Shown: positions 27,835-37,541 of the stretch, one piece after another
Layout: every line of letters starts with the position of its first letter
How positions within the stretch are numbered: position 1 is the stretch's first letter
IMG/VR virus record: IMGVR_UViG_3300009551_000005
Coordinates: 36,494-100,493 of that record
Direction: 5' to 3' (one strand)
From: a virus
Length of the DNA stretch: 64,000 bases
Position numbers and translations under genes: made by a program
Notes under the pieces: model-generated
What the model saw: the letters and a program-made list of their open reading frames with translations, nothing else
The model's database searches: none
What the model was told of the DNA's origin: nothing

Positions 27835-29382
27835 ATGCCGGCGAAGCTCATCATCGACAACCGCGTGCGCGTCTTGGCGTCCGAGCTCACACCGGGCGCG
27901 GTGGAGCGGCTGAAGACCGCGTTCGAGCACGAGAATCATCACCGCAGAGCGCTCGAGCGGATGAATGTCCCGACGTACGGGGAGCCGCACACGATCGTGA
28001 CGTGGGAGGCGTGTTCGCCGGCGGGCAGCGGGTGGTGCGCGAGGAAGAGGAACTACAAGCAACCCGACCTTCATCTGACCTTTCCCCGCGGCGCTCTTGG
28101 ACGCGTGCGTGAGTGCCTTGCCAACGAAGGCGTGGACTGGACCATCGAGGACCGCCGGACGCTCGGAAAGCCGCTCACGGGCTCGTTGCCTGAGCCTTCC
28201 GTGGAGCTGCGTGGGTATCAGGAGGAGATGGTTCAGGCGATGCTCGAGCGCCAGAACTGCATCGTCCGCGGCGGAACGGGGTGCGGGAAGACGGAAGGAG
28301 GGCTCGCGTTTCTTCAGCGCGCAGACGTGCGCGGGCTCGTCATCGTCTGGAGCAGTGCTCTTTTCGAGCAGTGGGTGAGACGCATCCAGAAGACGTTTGG
28401 CGTGCCGAAGAGCGCCGTCGGCATCATTCGCGGCAAGGTGCGGAAGATCGGAACCGTCACCGTGGCCATGCAGCAGACGCTCTCGCGCATGGCGGAGAGC
28501 GGAGAGATCGAACAGTACGCGGACACGTTCGGCGCGGTGCTCGTCGACGAGGTTCAAAAGTTCGCGGCGCCGTCGCTCATCGACGCGATCGATTCGTGGC
28601 GCGCGCGGTGGCGCATCGGCATATCCGCGGACGAGCGGAGGAAGGACCAGAAGGAGTTTCTCATCTACGACCTCTTCGGCGAGGTGGCCTACGAGATCAC
28701 GCGCGAGGAGCTCCTCAAGATGGGGCACATCGTGAACGTGGAAGTGAGAGTCATCCCCACGAACTTCCGCGCGGATTGGTACGGCGTGGCCAACGAGGAT
28801 GAGCCGGACCGCGAGGTTGACTTCGACCGGCTGCTCAACGAGATGCGAGCCGACGAAGACAGGAATGCGCTCATCGTGAACGCGGCGCGCGATGAGGTCC
28901 GCGAGGAGATCGTGACGATCGTCATGACGCGCCGGCGCGAGCACTGCCTTCTCCTCGAGGCCGCGCTCAACGGGTACGGGTTGAGGACAGGGCTCATGAT
29001 CGGAGGCGATGACTTCCGGCCGGCGTTTCACAAGACGCAGGCGGACATCGACGCCGGCAAGTGCCTCTGCGCCGTCGGCACCATCGAGGCGATCGGGACG
29101 GGCATCGATATGCCGGTGGCTAAGGCTGCGGTCGTGGGCTCACCGCTCATGGGCAACAAGCAACTCGCCAACCAGGTATGGGGGCGGTTCTGTCGGAAGG
29201 TCGAAGGGCTCGGAGGAGGGAGGCTCTATCTCCTCTGGGACCAGCACGTGTATCCGAAGCACCTCGCCAACGCGCTCGCGTGGTTCCCCAAAGTGCTTGT
29301 GTGGGACGGAGATGATTGGGTCGACGGGCGTAACTTCCAGAAAGCTTGGAGACGCGAGCAGAGTGGACTGGGCGCGGCATAG
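27835..29382 (+). CDS. Superfamily 2 (UvsW/XPB-like) helicase
   Basis: LRGYQ Q-motif, GTGCGKT, DEVQ, QVWGR; GCGGCATC-N9-ATG. Confidence 0.88.
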   Translation: MPAKLIIDNRVRVLASELTPGAVERLKTAFEHENHHRRALERMNVPTYGEPHTIVTWEACSPAGSGWCARKRNYKQPDLHLTFPRGALGRVRECLANEGVDWTIEDRRTLGKPLTGSLPEPSVELRGYQEEMVQAMLERQNCIVRGGTGCGKTEGGLAFLQRADVRGLVIVWSSALFEQWVRRIQKTFGVPKSAVGIIRGKVRKIGTVTVAMQQTLSRMAESGEIEQYADTFGAVLVDEVQKFAAPSLIDAIDSWRARWRIGISADERRKDQKEFLIYDLFGEVAYEITREELLKMGHIVNVEVRVIPTNFRADWYGVANEDEPDREVDFDRLLNEMRADEDRNALIVNAARDEVREEIVTIVMTRRREHCLLLEAALNGYGLRTGLMIGGDDFRPAFHKTQADIDAGKCLCAVGTIEAIGTGIDMPVAKAAVVGSPLMGNKQLANQVWGRFCRKVEGLGGGRLYLLWDQHVYPKHLANALAWFPKVLVWDGDDWVDGRNFQKAWRREQSGLGAA

Positions 29383-29406
29383 GGCTCGGCTCGGAGGAAC
29401 GAGCAC

Positions 29407-30231
29407 ATGCCGAGAGCGAGAGGTGGGGTTCAGGAGAAGACGGCGGCCGTTGGTGATCGATCACCGACGGTGCCCGCGCCGACGGTTGGACCGGGCGGTG
29501 TTGTCACCGTGAAGTGCCCCGACTGCGGGGTCGACCAGTCCCTCGGAGCGCTGACCAAGGAGGGCGGGTGCCGGATGTGTGAGGCGCCCATGCTCAAGTT
29601 CTTTCCGGCGGAGGCGCGAACGCAGCAGCTTCCCGGAACGGAGACGCCGCCGGCGACGGAATCTCCCAAGACTCCCCCGCTCCCCGGCGCAGAGCCGAGA
29701 CCTGGCGATCCGACGTGCGAGGAGTGCGGCGCGCGTCTCACCATCGCCGGTGACAAGAAGTTCTGTCCCGACATCTCGATCAAGCCCCACAAGTCGAGTC
29801 AGATCGTGGCCGCCGGCGATGCTCCGTTTTCCATCAAGCCGTCACCGGCGACGCAGGCTGCGGTGAAGGAGATCGTGAACGAAACGGTCCTCAAGCGCGA
29901 GAATGCGTGGCGCGAGACGATGCCCGGGGCAGAGAACATGAAGCCTTGGGACCCTCCGACCGTCAGCGTGGATACAGGCGCTAACCCCACAACGGTTCAC
30001 GTGAACGGTGCACCACCGTCGTCCCGTGTCGAGGTCGGTGAGATGGCGTTCGCGCCGCAGCAGTATCACTCGTTCCGCGTGGGTCCGTTCTCCATGACCG
30101 GGCCGGTGGGCACCGAGCGCAAGATGCTTGCGCATCTGCACGAGCTCCAGTCGGAGGAGTTCGATCGGCAGCTCGTCGCTTACCAAGCATTCATGTCGAA
30201 GCTCTACGGCGACAAGGGCAAGCGCGGGTAG
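29407..30231 (+). CDS. Zinc-ribbon hypothetical protein
   Basis: Several CxxC pairs; GGAGG RBS. Confidence 0.65.
   Translation: MPRARGGVQEKTAAVGDRSPTVPAPTVGPGGVVTVKCPDCGVDQSLGALTKEGGCRMCEAPMLKFFPAEARTQQLPGTETPPATESPKTPPLPGAEPRPGDPTCEECGARLTIAGDKKFCPDISIKPHKSSQIVAAGDAPFSIKPSPATQAAVKEIVNETVLKRENAWRETMPGAENMKPWDPPTVSVDTGANPTTVHVNGAPPSSRVEVGEMAFAPQQYHSFRVGPFSMTGPVGTERKMLAHLHELQSEEFDRQLVAYQAFMSKLYGDKGKRG
29447..29470. repeat. 24-bp palindrome copy 6 (1 mismatch, synonymous), in CDS
   Basis: CCGTTGGTGATCGATCACCGACGG, encodes AVGDRSPTV. Confidence 0.95.
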
Positions 30232-30235
30232 GCCG

Positions 30236-30727
30236 ATGCCACGCCGATCTCAGAGGGACGTCCTCGCGAGAGTCGAGGGCGAGTCGAAGCTCCGCGCGGT
30301 CATCGGTGATAAGCCGCCGCGGAAGAGGAAGCACGGGGCGTCTTTGCGCGCGTGGGCAGACGCGCTCGAGGCGGCGGATGGGATGCTGGCGAGCGGAGAG
30401 TACGAGGGCATCCGTCCTCTCCAGCTCCTCGCGCTCTACGCTCGCCTGCACGAGCGCGTGTACGAGGGAATGCCCGACTCGGAGCTCAAGATGAACCCGC
30501 GTGCGCGTGCCGCCGGCGCGGCCGCGATGACGAGGCTTGTCGCAGAGCTCGGGGATGAGGTGGAGGTGGTCGCGTTCTTCCGTTGGGCGTGGCACCGCGA
30601 AGTGGGACGCGAGGCGTGGCGGAAGCAGAACAACGGCGGCAATGGAGGACGTCTCACGTGGCAGGCGCTCTCCTCGGGCAGGGTGCTCACCGACTACAGG
30701 GTGGACCGGAATCGGAAGGCGGGATGA
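30236..30727 (+). CDS. Hypothetical protein (possible helicase loader/initiator part)
   Basis: Helical 163 aa upstream of DnaB; function inferred from position only. Confidence 0.55.
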   Translation: MPRRSQRDVLARVEGESKLRAVIGDKPPRKRKHGASLRAWADALEAADGMLASGEYEGIRPLQLLALYARLHERVYEGMPDSELKMNPRARAAGAAAMTRLVAELGDEVEVVAFFRWAWHREVGREAWRKQNNGGNGGRLTWQALSSGRVLTDYRVDRNRKAG

Positions 30728-30966
30728 CGATGTCGGAGATGACGAAGGAAGAGATCCGCGCGCACATGAGCGACATCGAGAAGAGGCTCTACAGCGCGAT
30801 CCAGAAGCACGGGCAGGTGAGGCTCGGGAACATCGTTCACGAAGTGGCCGCCGGCGAGCAGGTGGAGATCGGCGTCATCGTCGCTGCGGCCAACGCGCTC
30901 GCGACGGTGGGCCTCATCGAGACGGTGAACGTGAAGGGCATCCCGTTCTGGCGCGTGTGCGAGTAG
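30724..30966 (+). CDS. Small winged-helix-like protein
   Basis: ATGA coupling; LATVGLIETVNVKG wing-like ending. Confidence 0.55.
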   Translation: MTMSEMTKEEIRAHMSDIEKRLYSAIQKHGQVRLGNIVHEVAAGEQVEIGVIVAAANALATVGLIETVNVKGIPFWRVCE

Positions 30967-30970
30967 GACC

Positions 30971-32488
30971 TTGCCTGCTCCGAGGGGAGGCTCCAACGCC
31001 GGAAGTTCGGCGGACCGGAAGCCGGTAGATCTCCAGATCAACGTCGACGTGGGCAATGAGCAGGCGGTGCTTGCCGCCGCGATGCTCGTGCCGGAGGTGC
31101 GGAAGAAGTACGCGCGGTCGATCTCGCCTGAGACCTTCCTCGTGCCAGACCACCGACCGATCTGGCACTCCATTCAGGAGTGCGAGCGCCTCGGCATCGA
31201 GTGGACCGGCGCGGTTGCGAAGAGGATCTGCGGCGACACGCTGAAGCCCGAGCTCCTGAAGAATGTCCTGGCGCTCGGCGCGGCGAAGGATGCAGCGTTC
31301 CATGTGGAGGAGCTCCAGAGGGATAAGGCGCGCCACGCGGCGTCCACTGGGCCGCTCGCTTCCCTCATCCAGGCGCTGCGCGACCCGACCTCCGCGCCGG
31401 ACCGTGTGAAGGCGCTCGCGCGTCACGTCGCGCAGGCCTTCGACCAGGTGACGACGCGTTCCACCATTCGCGACCCCGCGGAGGTCGTGCGTCAGGTGAT
31501 GCTCCAAGTGGAGGCGGCCGCGCGCGGTGACGTGTACCCACCACTCGGCATTCCCGGCCTCGACTTCTTCAAGGACGGTCGCCGGCGCATCTTGGCCGGC
31601 TCCGGTCCGGGTCTCGTGACGATCATCACGGCGCGCACGGGGTGCGGTAAGACGACGGTGGCCAACCAGTGTCTCCTCGGTCAGGAGGGAGTGGAGGGAC
31701 GCGCGGGAGGGCAGCGCAGGTGCCTCCTCGGGTGCTGGGAGATGGGCGCCGAGAAGAGCATGTGGCTTCTCGGTTGCCAGTCGCTCGGGTGGTCACGCTC
31801 CGCGCTCCTTCAGGGTGATGGCCCGTCCTCCAAGGTGACGTTCGACCGCATCACGCACGAGGAGAAGGTGCAGCTCGAGGAGCGCCTTCACGAGCTCGGA
31901 AAGTGGATCGTCTTCTGGGACAACCCGTTCGTCTCGACGATGCGCCAAGGGCGGCGCAATTCCAACGAGGAAAACCTCGATGTCATCCGCCAGGGCGTCG
32001 TCGATGCGGGGTGTGAGTTCGTCGTGCTGGATCTCTTTCGCTTCGCGCTCGCGGACGCGAACCCCGCGGCGGAGGATTGGCTCCTCAACAACACGCGTCG
32101 CATGTCCAAGGAGGAGCGCGTTCACCTGATGCTGGTGAATCAGCAGCTCGTGAAGGGCGACGCCGGCGTCGAGATGCGCCCCGACAAGCGCCCGACGCTC
32201 TCCGGCAACAAGGGCTCCGGCGGATGGTTCGAAGCCGGCGACACGTTCATCGGCGTGCACCGTGAGGCGCTCTACAAGCGCGTCGACGACGACAAGCTTC
32301 AGCTCATCGTCCTGAAGCAGCGCGAGGGCGCGTGGCCTCTCATGGTGGAGTGCGACTTCGATCCCGACAGCGGCATGATCTCCGGCGGCGTCGAGCGTGA
32401 CTACGATCAACCCGGGCAGGCCGGGGGAGACGTGGACGAGTTCATGAAGATGAACGTCGTGAAGCGCGGCCCACGGAGGAAGGCATGA
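30971..32488 (+). CDS. dnaB: DnaB-like replicative helicase
   Basis: ARTGCGKTT Walker A, VVLD, LVNQ, RPTLSGNKGSG, KQREG. Confidence 0.85.
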   Translation: MPAPRGGSNAGSSADRKPVDLQINVDVGNEQAVLAAAMLVPEVRKKYARSISPETFLVPDHRPIWHSIQECERLGIEWTGAVAKRICGDTLKPELLKNVLALGAAKDAAFHVEELQRDKARHAASTGPLASLIQALRDPTSAPDRVKALARHVAQAFDQVTTRSTIRDPAEVVRQVMLQVEAAARGDVYPPLGIPGLDFFKDGRRRILAGSGPGLVTIITARTGCGKTTVANQCLLGQEGVEGRAGGQRRCLLGCWEMGAEKSMWLLGCQSLGWSRSALLQGDGPSSKVTFDRITHEEKVQLEERLHELGKWIVFWDNPFVSTMRQGRRNSNEENLDVIRQGVVDAGCEFVVLDLFRFALADANPAAEDWLLNNTRRMSKEERVHLMLVNQQLVKGDAGVEMRPDKRPTLSGNKGSGGWFEAGDTFIGVHREALYKRVDDDKLQLIVLKQREGAWPLMVECDFDPDSGMISGGVERDYDQPGQAGGDVDEFMKMNVVKRGPRRKA

Positions 32489-33132
32489 AGAACAAGATCA
32501 CGAACACGGCAGAGCAGGCGGACAAGGACCCGACATCGGTGCTCACTGCCGCGGCGATCCTCGGTCCGAGCGGAGCGATTGAGGCGCAGGAAGCGCAGGG
32601 TCAACGCGAGCTTGTCGCTGCGGGAACGCTCCTGCCCAGGGAGTTTCACGACAGCGCGGCGCTCGAGAAGTTCGGCGTGAAGTTCGGTCAGGTCGTGGAG
32701 GGTGACGATCTCTTCGTCCATGCGGAGCTTCCGCCGGGATGGCGTCTCGAGGCGAGCAGTCATCCGATGCACTCTGACCTTCTCGATGAGAAGGGGAGAA
32801 AGCGCGCCGGCATCTTCTACAAGGCCGCGTTTTACGATCGGAGGGCGACCGGCTCCGCCAAGCGTCGGGTGACCGTGAACTGGAACTTCGATCCGCCGCG
32901 AGCGCCCACGCGCAAGCGCGTCGAGGTCCTCATGGAGGGACACGCGGAGCCGCTGAAAGCGTGGCCTTGGTCGGCGCAGCATGACCCGGAGCAGGAGCGT
33001 CAGAAAGATGAGCCTCACGACAAGTGGATGGCGCGCAACGTCTTCTACGCGTCCGACAAGGAAGCGAAGGAGTGGGCCGACAAGCATTATCCCGAGCGGA
33101 ATGATCCTGCCGCGTACTGGGACCTTCCCTGA
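32485..33132 (+). CDS. Hypothetical phage protein
   Basis: ATGA coupling; IFYKAAFYDR motif. Confidence 0.7.
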   Translation: MKNKITNTAEQADKDPTSVLTAAAILGPSGAIEAQEAQGQRELVAAGTLLPREFHDSAALEKFGVKFGQVVEGDDLFVHAELPPGWRLEASSHPMHSDLLDEKGRKRAGIFYKAAFYDRRATGSAKRRVTVNWNFDPPRAPTRKRVEVLMEGHAEPLKAWPWSAQHDPEQERQKDEPHDKWMARNVFYASDKEAKEWADKHYPERNDPAAYWDLP

Positions 33133-33162
33133 GCAGACCGGGCCGCGGCATCAGACGCGGCC

Positions 33163-33843
33163 ATGACCTACAGAGCGACGCGCGGGGGACGAGCGGCGAG
33201 GCGCAGGAAGCACAAGGACAAGGAGCACGCGAGGGAGCTCCGTGCTGGAGTCCTCGAGTGGCTGGCTGACCACCCGCCTCGCCTCTATCCCACCATCGAG
33301 CATGGGGAGTGGCAGACGCGGGGTGGCGATGTCGGCTACTACGTCGAGTTCAGCGCAGCGCCGCGCCCGAAGCACCCCATCTATCGCGTGCCCGCGATGC
33401 CCGCGAACCCGCGGTTGATCTCGCCCGATCGTCTCGGCGAGATCTCCATGTACGAGCCCATCACTATGCGTCCCATCGCGATGGGGTTGCAGGCCGGTTC
33501 GACGTATCTGCGTTGGTGGAACTGGGAGCCTGTTCGCGGTTCTTTCGGACCGGCGGAGGCGGACATCTATCACCTCGCGGGCAAGGCGGAGTCGTTCGCT
33601 ACCCGGTGCTCGGCGCTCATCCGCGAATGGAATCTGAGGTCGCTCGCGCGCCAGGCTCACCTCGACATGATGTACGGAGAAGCGTTTCACGGCGGTCCGT
33701 CGATGAGGCTTCTCAGTGAGCATTACGTCGACTGGTTCGACGAGCTCGCGAACGCGATCTGCGACTGGCGTGGAAAGCTCCGCACGCGCTACGTCCTTCC
33801 GCCGGAGGAGTTGGGCGCGTCACCCGAGGCGGTGGTCCGGTGA
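33163..33843 (+). CDS. Hypothetical protein
   Basis: GCGGCATC-N10-ATG. Confidence 0.65.
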   Translation: MTYRATRGGRAARRRKHKDKEHARELRAGVLEWLADHPPRLYPTIEHGEWQTRGGDVGYYVEFSAAPRPKHPIYRVPAMPANPRLISPDRLGEISMYEPITMRPIAMGLQAGSTYLRWWNWEPVRGSFGPAEADIYHLAGKAESFATRCSALIREWNLRSLARQAHLDMMYGEAFHGGPSMRLLSEHYVDWFDELANAICDWRGKLRTRYVLPPEELGASPEAVVR

Positions 33844-34826
33844 TCCGCACGACGCGCGCCGCGGAGATCTTCACCGCGCTCGGGCACGCGCCTCTCCCCC
33901 GCGATGTTCGACCACATGCGTTTTGGGTGCTCTGCCCCGTCCATGACGACCACGATCCCTCGTGTCATGTGCGCTCGGACGGTCCGCGCGCCGGCTCTTG
34001 GCGCTGCTATTCCTGCGGCGCGCGCGGCGACACGACGGACCTCGTGCAGATCAAGCTCGGGCTCTCGTTCCGCGAGGCTCGTGATTGGCTCGGCGACGCG
34101 CTTGTCGATGACAAGGCGTGGGAGCCGCTGCCTGCGCGCGTGGTTGTCGTTTACCAGACGTCTCTGTCCAACCTGCGCGTCCCCAAGGGCGTGAACTTCT
34201 CGCCGCTTGAGGAGTGGCCGACACCGGCGCGCCGCTACCTTCTCGAGGAGCGCAAAGTGCCCGAGTGGCAAGCGGAGAGGTGGGGCATTGGGTACGCCGC
34301 GCGTGGCCGTCTCTCGGGCAGAATCGTCCTGATGCTGCGCAACGCGGAGCAAGAGCCGCGCAACTACATGGCGCGTTCTTTTTGCGGTCACGAGGAGCGC
34401 TATCTCACGCCGCGCGGCGACGAGGTGCCTGACTACACGGCGCTCTTCGGAGAGGAGAACTGGAAGACCTCGCGCGCGCTCGACCGCGTCTATGTCACCG
34501 AAGGAGCGCTCAACGCGCTCGCGGTCGAGCGCGCGCTCTCGGTGAACGATTACCAGTGCCCGACGATCGCGGCGGTCGGCGGCGCTTCGGAGCTCAGCAC
34601 GTCCCACACCGCGAAGCTCGCCATGTTCCGCGAGGTGGTCGTGCTCTCTGACTCGGACAAGGCCGGCGACGGGTTGGCGGACAAGATGCGCGCCGCGCTC
34701 AAGCGTCTCTTCATCGCGCGGAACGGGAAGCTTGTGCGCGTGCGTGTGCGCGGCGGCAAGGACATCGACGAGATGGACAAGGACGAGCTCGTGCGTCAGA
34801 TCCGTGACTTGGAGGAGCCACTGTGA
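33840..34826 (+). CDS. dnaG: DnaG-type primase
   Basis: CHC2 finger CPVH...CYSC; TOPRIM VTEG and DSD. Confidence 0.88.
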   Translation: MIRTTRAAEIFTALGHAPLPRDVRPHAFWVLCPVHDDHDPSCHVRSDGPRAGSWRCYSCGARGDTTDLVQIKLGLSFREARDWLGDALVDDKAWEPLPARVVVVYQTSLSNLRVPKGVNFSPLEEWPTPARRYLLEERKVPEWQAERWGIGYAARGRLSGRIVLMLRNAEQEPRNYMARSFCGHEERYLTPRGDEVPDYTALFGEENWKTSRALDRVYVTEGALNALAVERALSVNDYQCPTIAAVGGASELSTSHTAKLAMFREVVVLSDSDKAGDGLADKMRAALKRLFIARNGKLVRVRVRGGKDIDEMDKDELVRQIRDLEEPL

Positions 34827-35074
34827 CCGCGTGGAACAAGGGAACGGGCACAACGCCGTGGGGAGACCTCGCCAAGAAGGATCCCGAGGAGGCCAAGCGC
34901 GAGATGTATCGCGCGCTCTTTCGCGCTGGCGGGAGCCGTCGCAGGGCAGCGGAGTTTCTCGGTGTCTCGGACTCTCTCCTCGAGGCTCGAATGCACCAAC
35001 TGGACAAGAACGCAGCGCGTCGCGTCCGGGCGCTTCTCAAGAAACGGTTCACTCTCCCCGACAGAGCGGCATAG
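34823..35074 (+). CDS. Fis-like HTH protein
   Basis: ALFRAGGSRRRAAEFLGVS. Confidence 0.7.
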   Translation: MTAWNKGTGTTPWGDLAKKDPEEAKREMYRALFRAGGSRRRAAEFLGVSDSLLEARMHQLDKNAARRVRALLKKRFTLPDRAA

Positions 35075-35086
35075 GCTCGCACTGAG

Positions 35087-35404
35087 ATGCCCGCATTCCA
35101 CGACTTCACCGCGCTCGTCAGGAGCAACCCGGCGGAGGCCAAGGAGAAGCTCATCGCCGATTACAAGGCGGCGCACTGCTGTCTCACCGATGTTGCGCTC
35201 AAGCACGGCGTGCAGCTTCGCACCGTGGGCGCGTGGGTGAAGGAGCTCGGGATCGGCGTGGAGCTCCTTCTCCTCGAGGACCAGGCCAAGAAAGAAGGAT
35301 GGCACCACGGCCGGCGCGGTGGACGTCCCCCCAAGACCGCCAAGCGCGCGAAGCGGTCCACCGTCGGTGATCGATCACCGACGGCGCGCGGGAGTCGCAG
35401 GTGA
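35087..35404 (+). CDS. HTH DNA-binding protein
   Basis: LTDVALKHGVQLRTVGAWVKELG; basic GGRPPK tail. Confidence 0.65.
   Translation: MPAFHDFTALVRSNPAEAKEKLIADYKAAHCCLTDVALKHGVQLRTVGAWVKELGIGVELLLLEDQAKKEGWHHGRRGGRPPKTAKRAKRSTVGDRSPTARGSRR
35361..35384. repeat. 24-bp palindrome copy 7 (perfect), in CDS C-terminus
   Basis: Encodes TVGDRSPTA. Confidence 0.97.
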
Positions 35405-35868
35405 ACCCGCTCTTCGAAGAAGCTGAGCAGGTGACGCGGAGCGTGGAGGAAACGCGGACCGTGGCGCGCGCGGAGACCATCACGTTTCTTCGCGGGCTCG
35501 AGCGGTGCCTCTCGACTCTGGGCACGCTCCGCGGACTCCCGAATCTCGCGCCCGGGCGTCAGCGAAGATTCCGGGGCATCCAGGTGCGCGCGCGGTCTTT
35601 CGCTGCACCCCTTCGTGAGGGAGCGTTCGAAGCATCTCTGGTCTTCGACGAGCACGCGCGTCTCATCCTCGCGTGGATCTCTCCGGGCATGGGAGCGGTC
35701 ACGCGTGAAGCGCTCGACGGTGACCTCCTCGTCGAGGATGTGATGCCCGCCGCGCGCGCCGCGGTGGAAGCTCTCCGTCTTCACGTGGAGAGATCGCGTG
35801 CCGCGCGTGAGCGGTACGAGGAAGCGGCAAGCCTCGCGCGGAGGCTCAACGAGGCGCTGGCAGCCTGA
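35401..35868 (+). CDS. Hypothetical protein
   Basis: GTGA coupling, 155 aa. Confidence 0.6.
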   Translation: MNPLFEEAEQVTRSVEETRTVARAETITFLRGLERCLSTLGTLRGLPNLAPGRQRRFRGIQVRARSFAAPLREGAFEASLVFDEHARLILAWISPGMGAVTREALDGDLLVEDVMPAARAAVEALRLHVERSRAARERYEEAASLARRLNEALAA

Positions 35869-35902
35869 GAAAATCTGGGCTTCCAGAAAAGTGACAAGGC
35901 GG

Positions 35903-36002
35903 GTGAAAAAACTTCTTGCGGTATAGCGCAGGAGGTTTATAGTTTCCCTTGTGAGCGGCGGTGAGGTAGACCGCTAAAAGCGCTGAGGGCGCGAAAGGGG
36001 AA
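35903..36002 (+). promoter_or_regulatory. Sigma70-type promoter cassette copy B
   Basis: TTGCGG(35916)-N16-TATAGT(35938); shares GTTTATAGTTTCCCTT and GCGCTGAGGGCGCGAAAGGGGAA with copy A. Confidence 0.8.
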
Positions 36003-36006
36003 CGTC

Positions 36007-37395
36007 ATGAACAACACGCAGACCGTGAACGGGATCGATCATCTTCTCTCCCAGGTGGGCTTGCCTGGTTCGGTGCCGACGCCGGCTCCGGTGCGCGGGC
36101 AGACGGTGAGCGAAGAGGGCAAGGCGCGGAGCCAGGCAGACTTCGAAGCCGCGCAGGCGATGGGATTCGCGCCCAAGCAGAGCATCTACGAGCGCGGCAC
36201 GATGGTGGTGCAGGCCGGCGTGAACAAGGCGCGCCGCGAGCGCGCGAAGTTCGACAAGCTCCCCTTGGCCGAGGAAGCGGCGCGCGACCTTCACGAGCGC
36301 GTGCAGTCTGAGGAGCGCTTCGACGAGACCGTCCGCGCGCACATCCTCCGCATGAACAAGGAGGGCCAGATCGTCCTCCCGACCAACGAGGGCGGCGACC
36401 GGTTCCTGGTCGAGCACCAGGCCATCGGCGGCCTCGCCTCGCGCGCCGGCATCCCCCAGGCGGGTCACCTCAAGGTCGCGTGGCCGGAGCTCCGCGCGCT
36501 CATCTGGAACCGCTGGCAGGACCGTCTCTCGACGCAGGAGAAGGCGAACAACGCGGAGCTCCTCCGCGCTGGCAAGAACCCGACGCACGATGACGTCGTG
36601 CTCAGGACGCGGAAGTGCGGCGACGAGCGCAGCATCTACGGGACGGTCTCCCCGGGTTACACCGCCTACGACGCGGACCAGATCGCGCAGGCCATCGAGA
36701 TTGCGACCAAGGGCACCGGCGCGCGGGCGAAGGTTCTCTACGACGGTTCGCGAACCAAGTTCGAAGTCCTCTTTCACTCGGACGTGAAGCCGACGGATTA
36801 CGTGGCGGGTGAGTTCTTCAAGGGTGGTGTCGTCATCTCCACCTCGGACATCGGCGAGTCCAGCATCGTGGGGCGTACGATCCTCTGGCAGAACCTCTGC
36901 CTGAACCTCGCGATCGTCGACAAGGCCACGGCGGGTCTCTTCCGCATCCGCCACATGGGCAACGTCCAGGAGCTCGCCAAGAAGTTCCGCGAGGGCTTCG
37001 CCACCGGCATGCAGCGCCTCGAGCACTTCCGTGAGCGCTGGGGCTTCGCGGTCCGCGAGAACGTGGTCACGCAGGCGCGCGCCGCGCACGAGGAGACGAA
37101 GCTTGTCGACGTGGAGGACATCTTCCCCGGTCTCTTCCGCGGAATCCTCGACGCGGAGATCCTGAAGGTGAAGGGCGACCGCGAGACCGTCGTTGATGCG
37201 CTCATGGACTGCTGGCGCAAGGATGAGAGCAGCGCCACCGCGACGGTTCGCACCTCGCGCGCCGCGGTGGTGAACGCCATCACCCGCTACGCCCACGAAG
37301 TGAATCAGGACCCCTGGGCGGAGGAGGACATCCAGCTCGCCGCCGGGCAGATCGCCTGGTCCTCCAAGCCGCTCCCCTTCGCCGCGAAGGAGTGA
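36007..37395 (+). CDS. DUF932-like phage/plasmid protein
   Basis: VSPGYTAYD, ISTSDIGESS, LCLNLAI, FRIRHMG, VNAITRYAH motifs. Confidence 0.7.
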   Translation: MNNTQTVNGIDHLLSQVGLPGSVPTPAPVRGQTVSEEGKARSQADFEAAQAMGFAPKQSIYERGTMVVQAGVNKARRERAKFDKLPLAEEAARDLHERVQSEERFDETVRAHILRMNKEGQIVLPTNEGGDRFLVEHQAIGGLASRAGIPQAGHLKVAWPELRALIWNRWQDRLSTQEKANNAELLRAGKNPTHDDVVLRTRKCGDERSIYGTVSPGYTAYDADQIAQAIEIATKGTGARAKVLYDGSRTKFEVLFHSDVKPTDYVAGEFFKGGVVISTSDIGESSIVGRTILWQNLCLNLAIVDKATAGLFRIRHMGNVQELAKKFREGFATGMQRLEHFRERWGFAVRENVVTQARAAHEETKLVDVEDIFPGLFRGILDAEILKVKGDRETVVDALMDCWRKDESSATATVRTSRAAVVNAITRYAHEVNQDPWAEEDIQLAAGQIAWSSKPLPFAAKE

Positions 37396-37541
37396 GGGAA
37401 CGAGGCGAGGAGCGGGGCAAAGGCCTCGCTCCTCCGAGCCTCGGCCGCCGCGTGGGCAGTCGTTCCCCCGACGCTCACCCCCCGCGCGTGCCGCCGAGAC
37501 TCGGGGGAGCGATCCCACCGGAGAAAGGCTGAGGGCCAAGA

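Noticed and set aside
30299-30319. GTCATCGGTGATAAGCCGCCG (VIGDKPP) as a further palindrome copy; also GATCGATCAC at 8868
   Set aside because: Only a half-site or core match, compatible with chance
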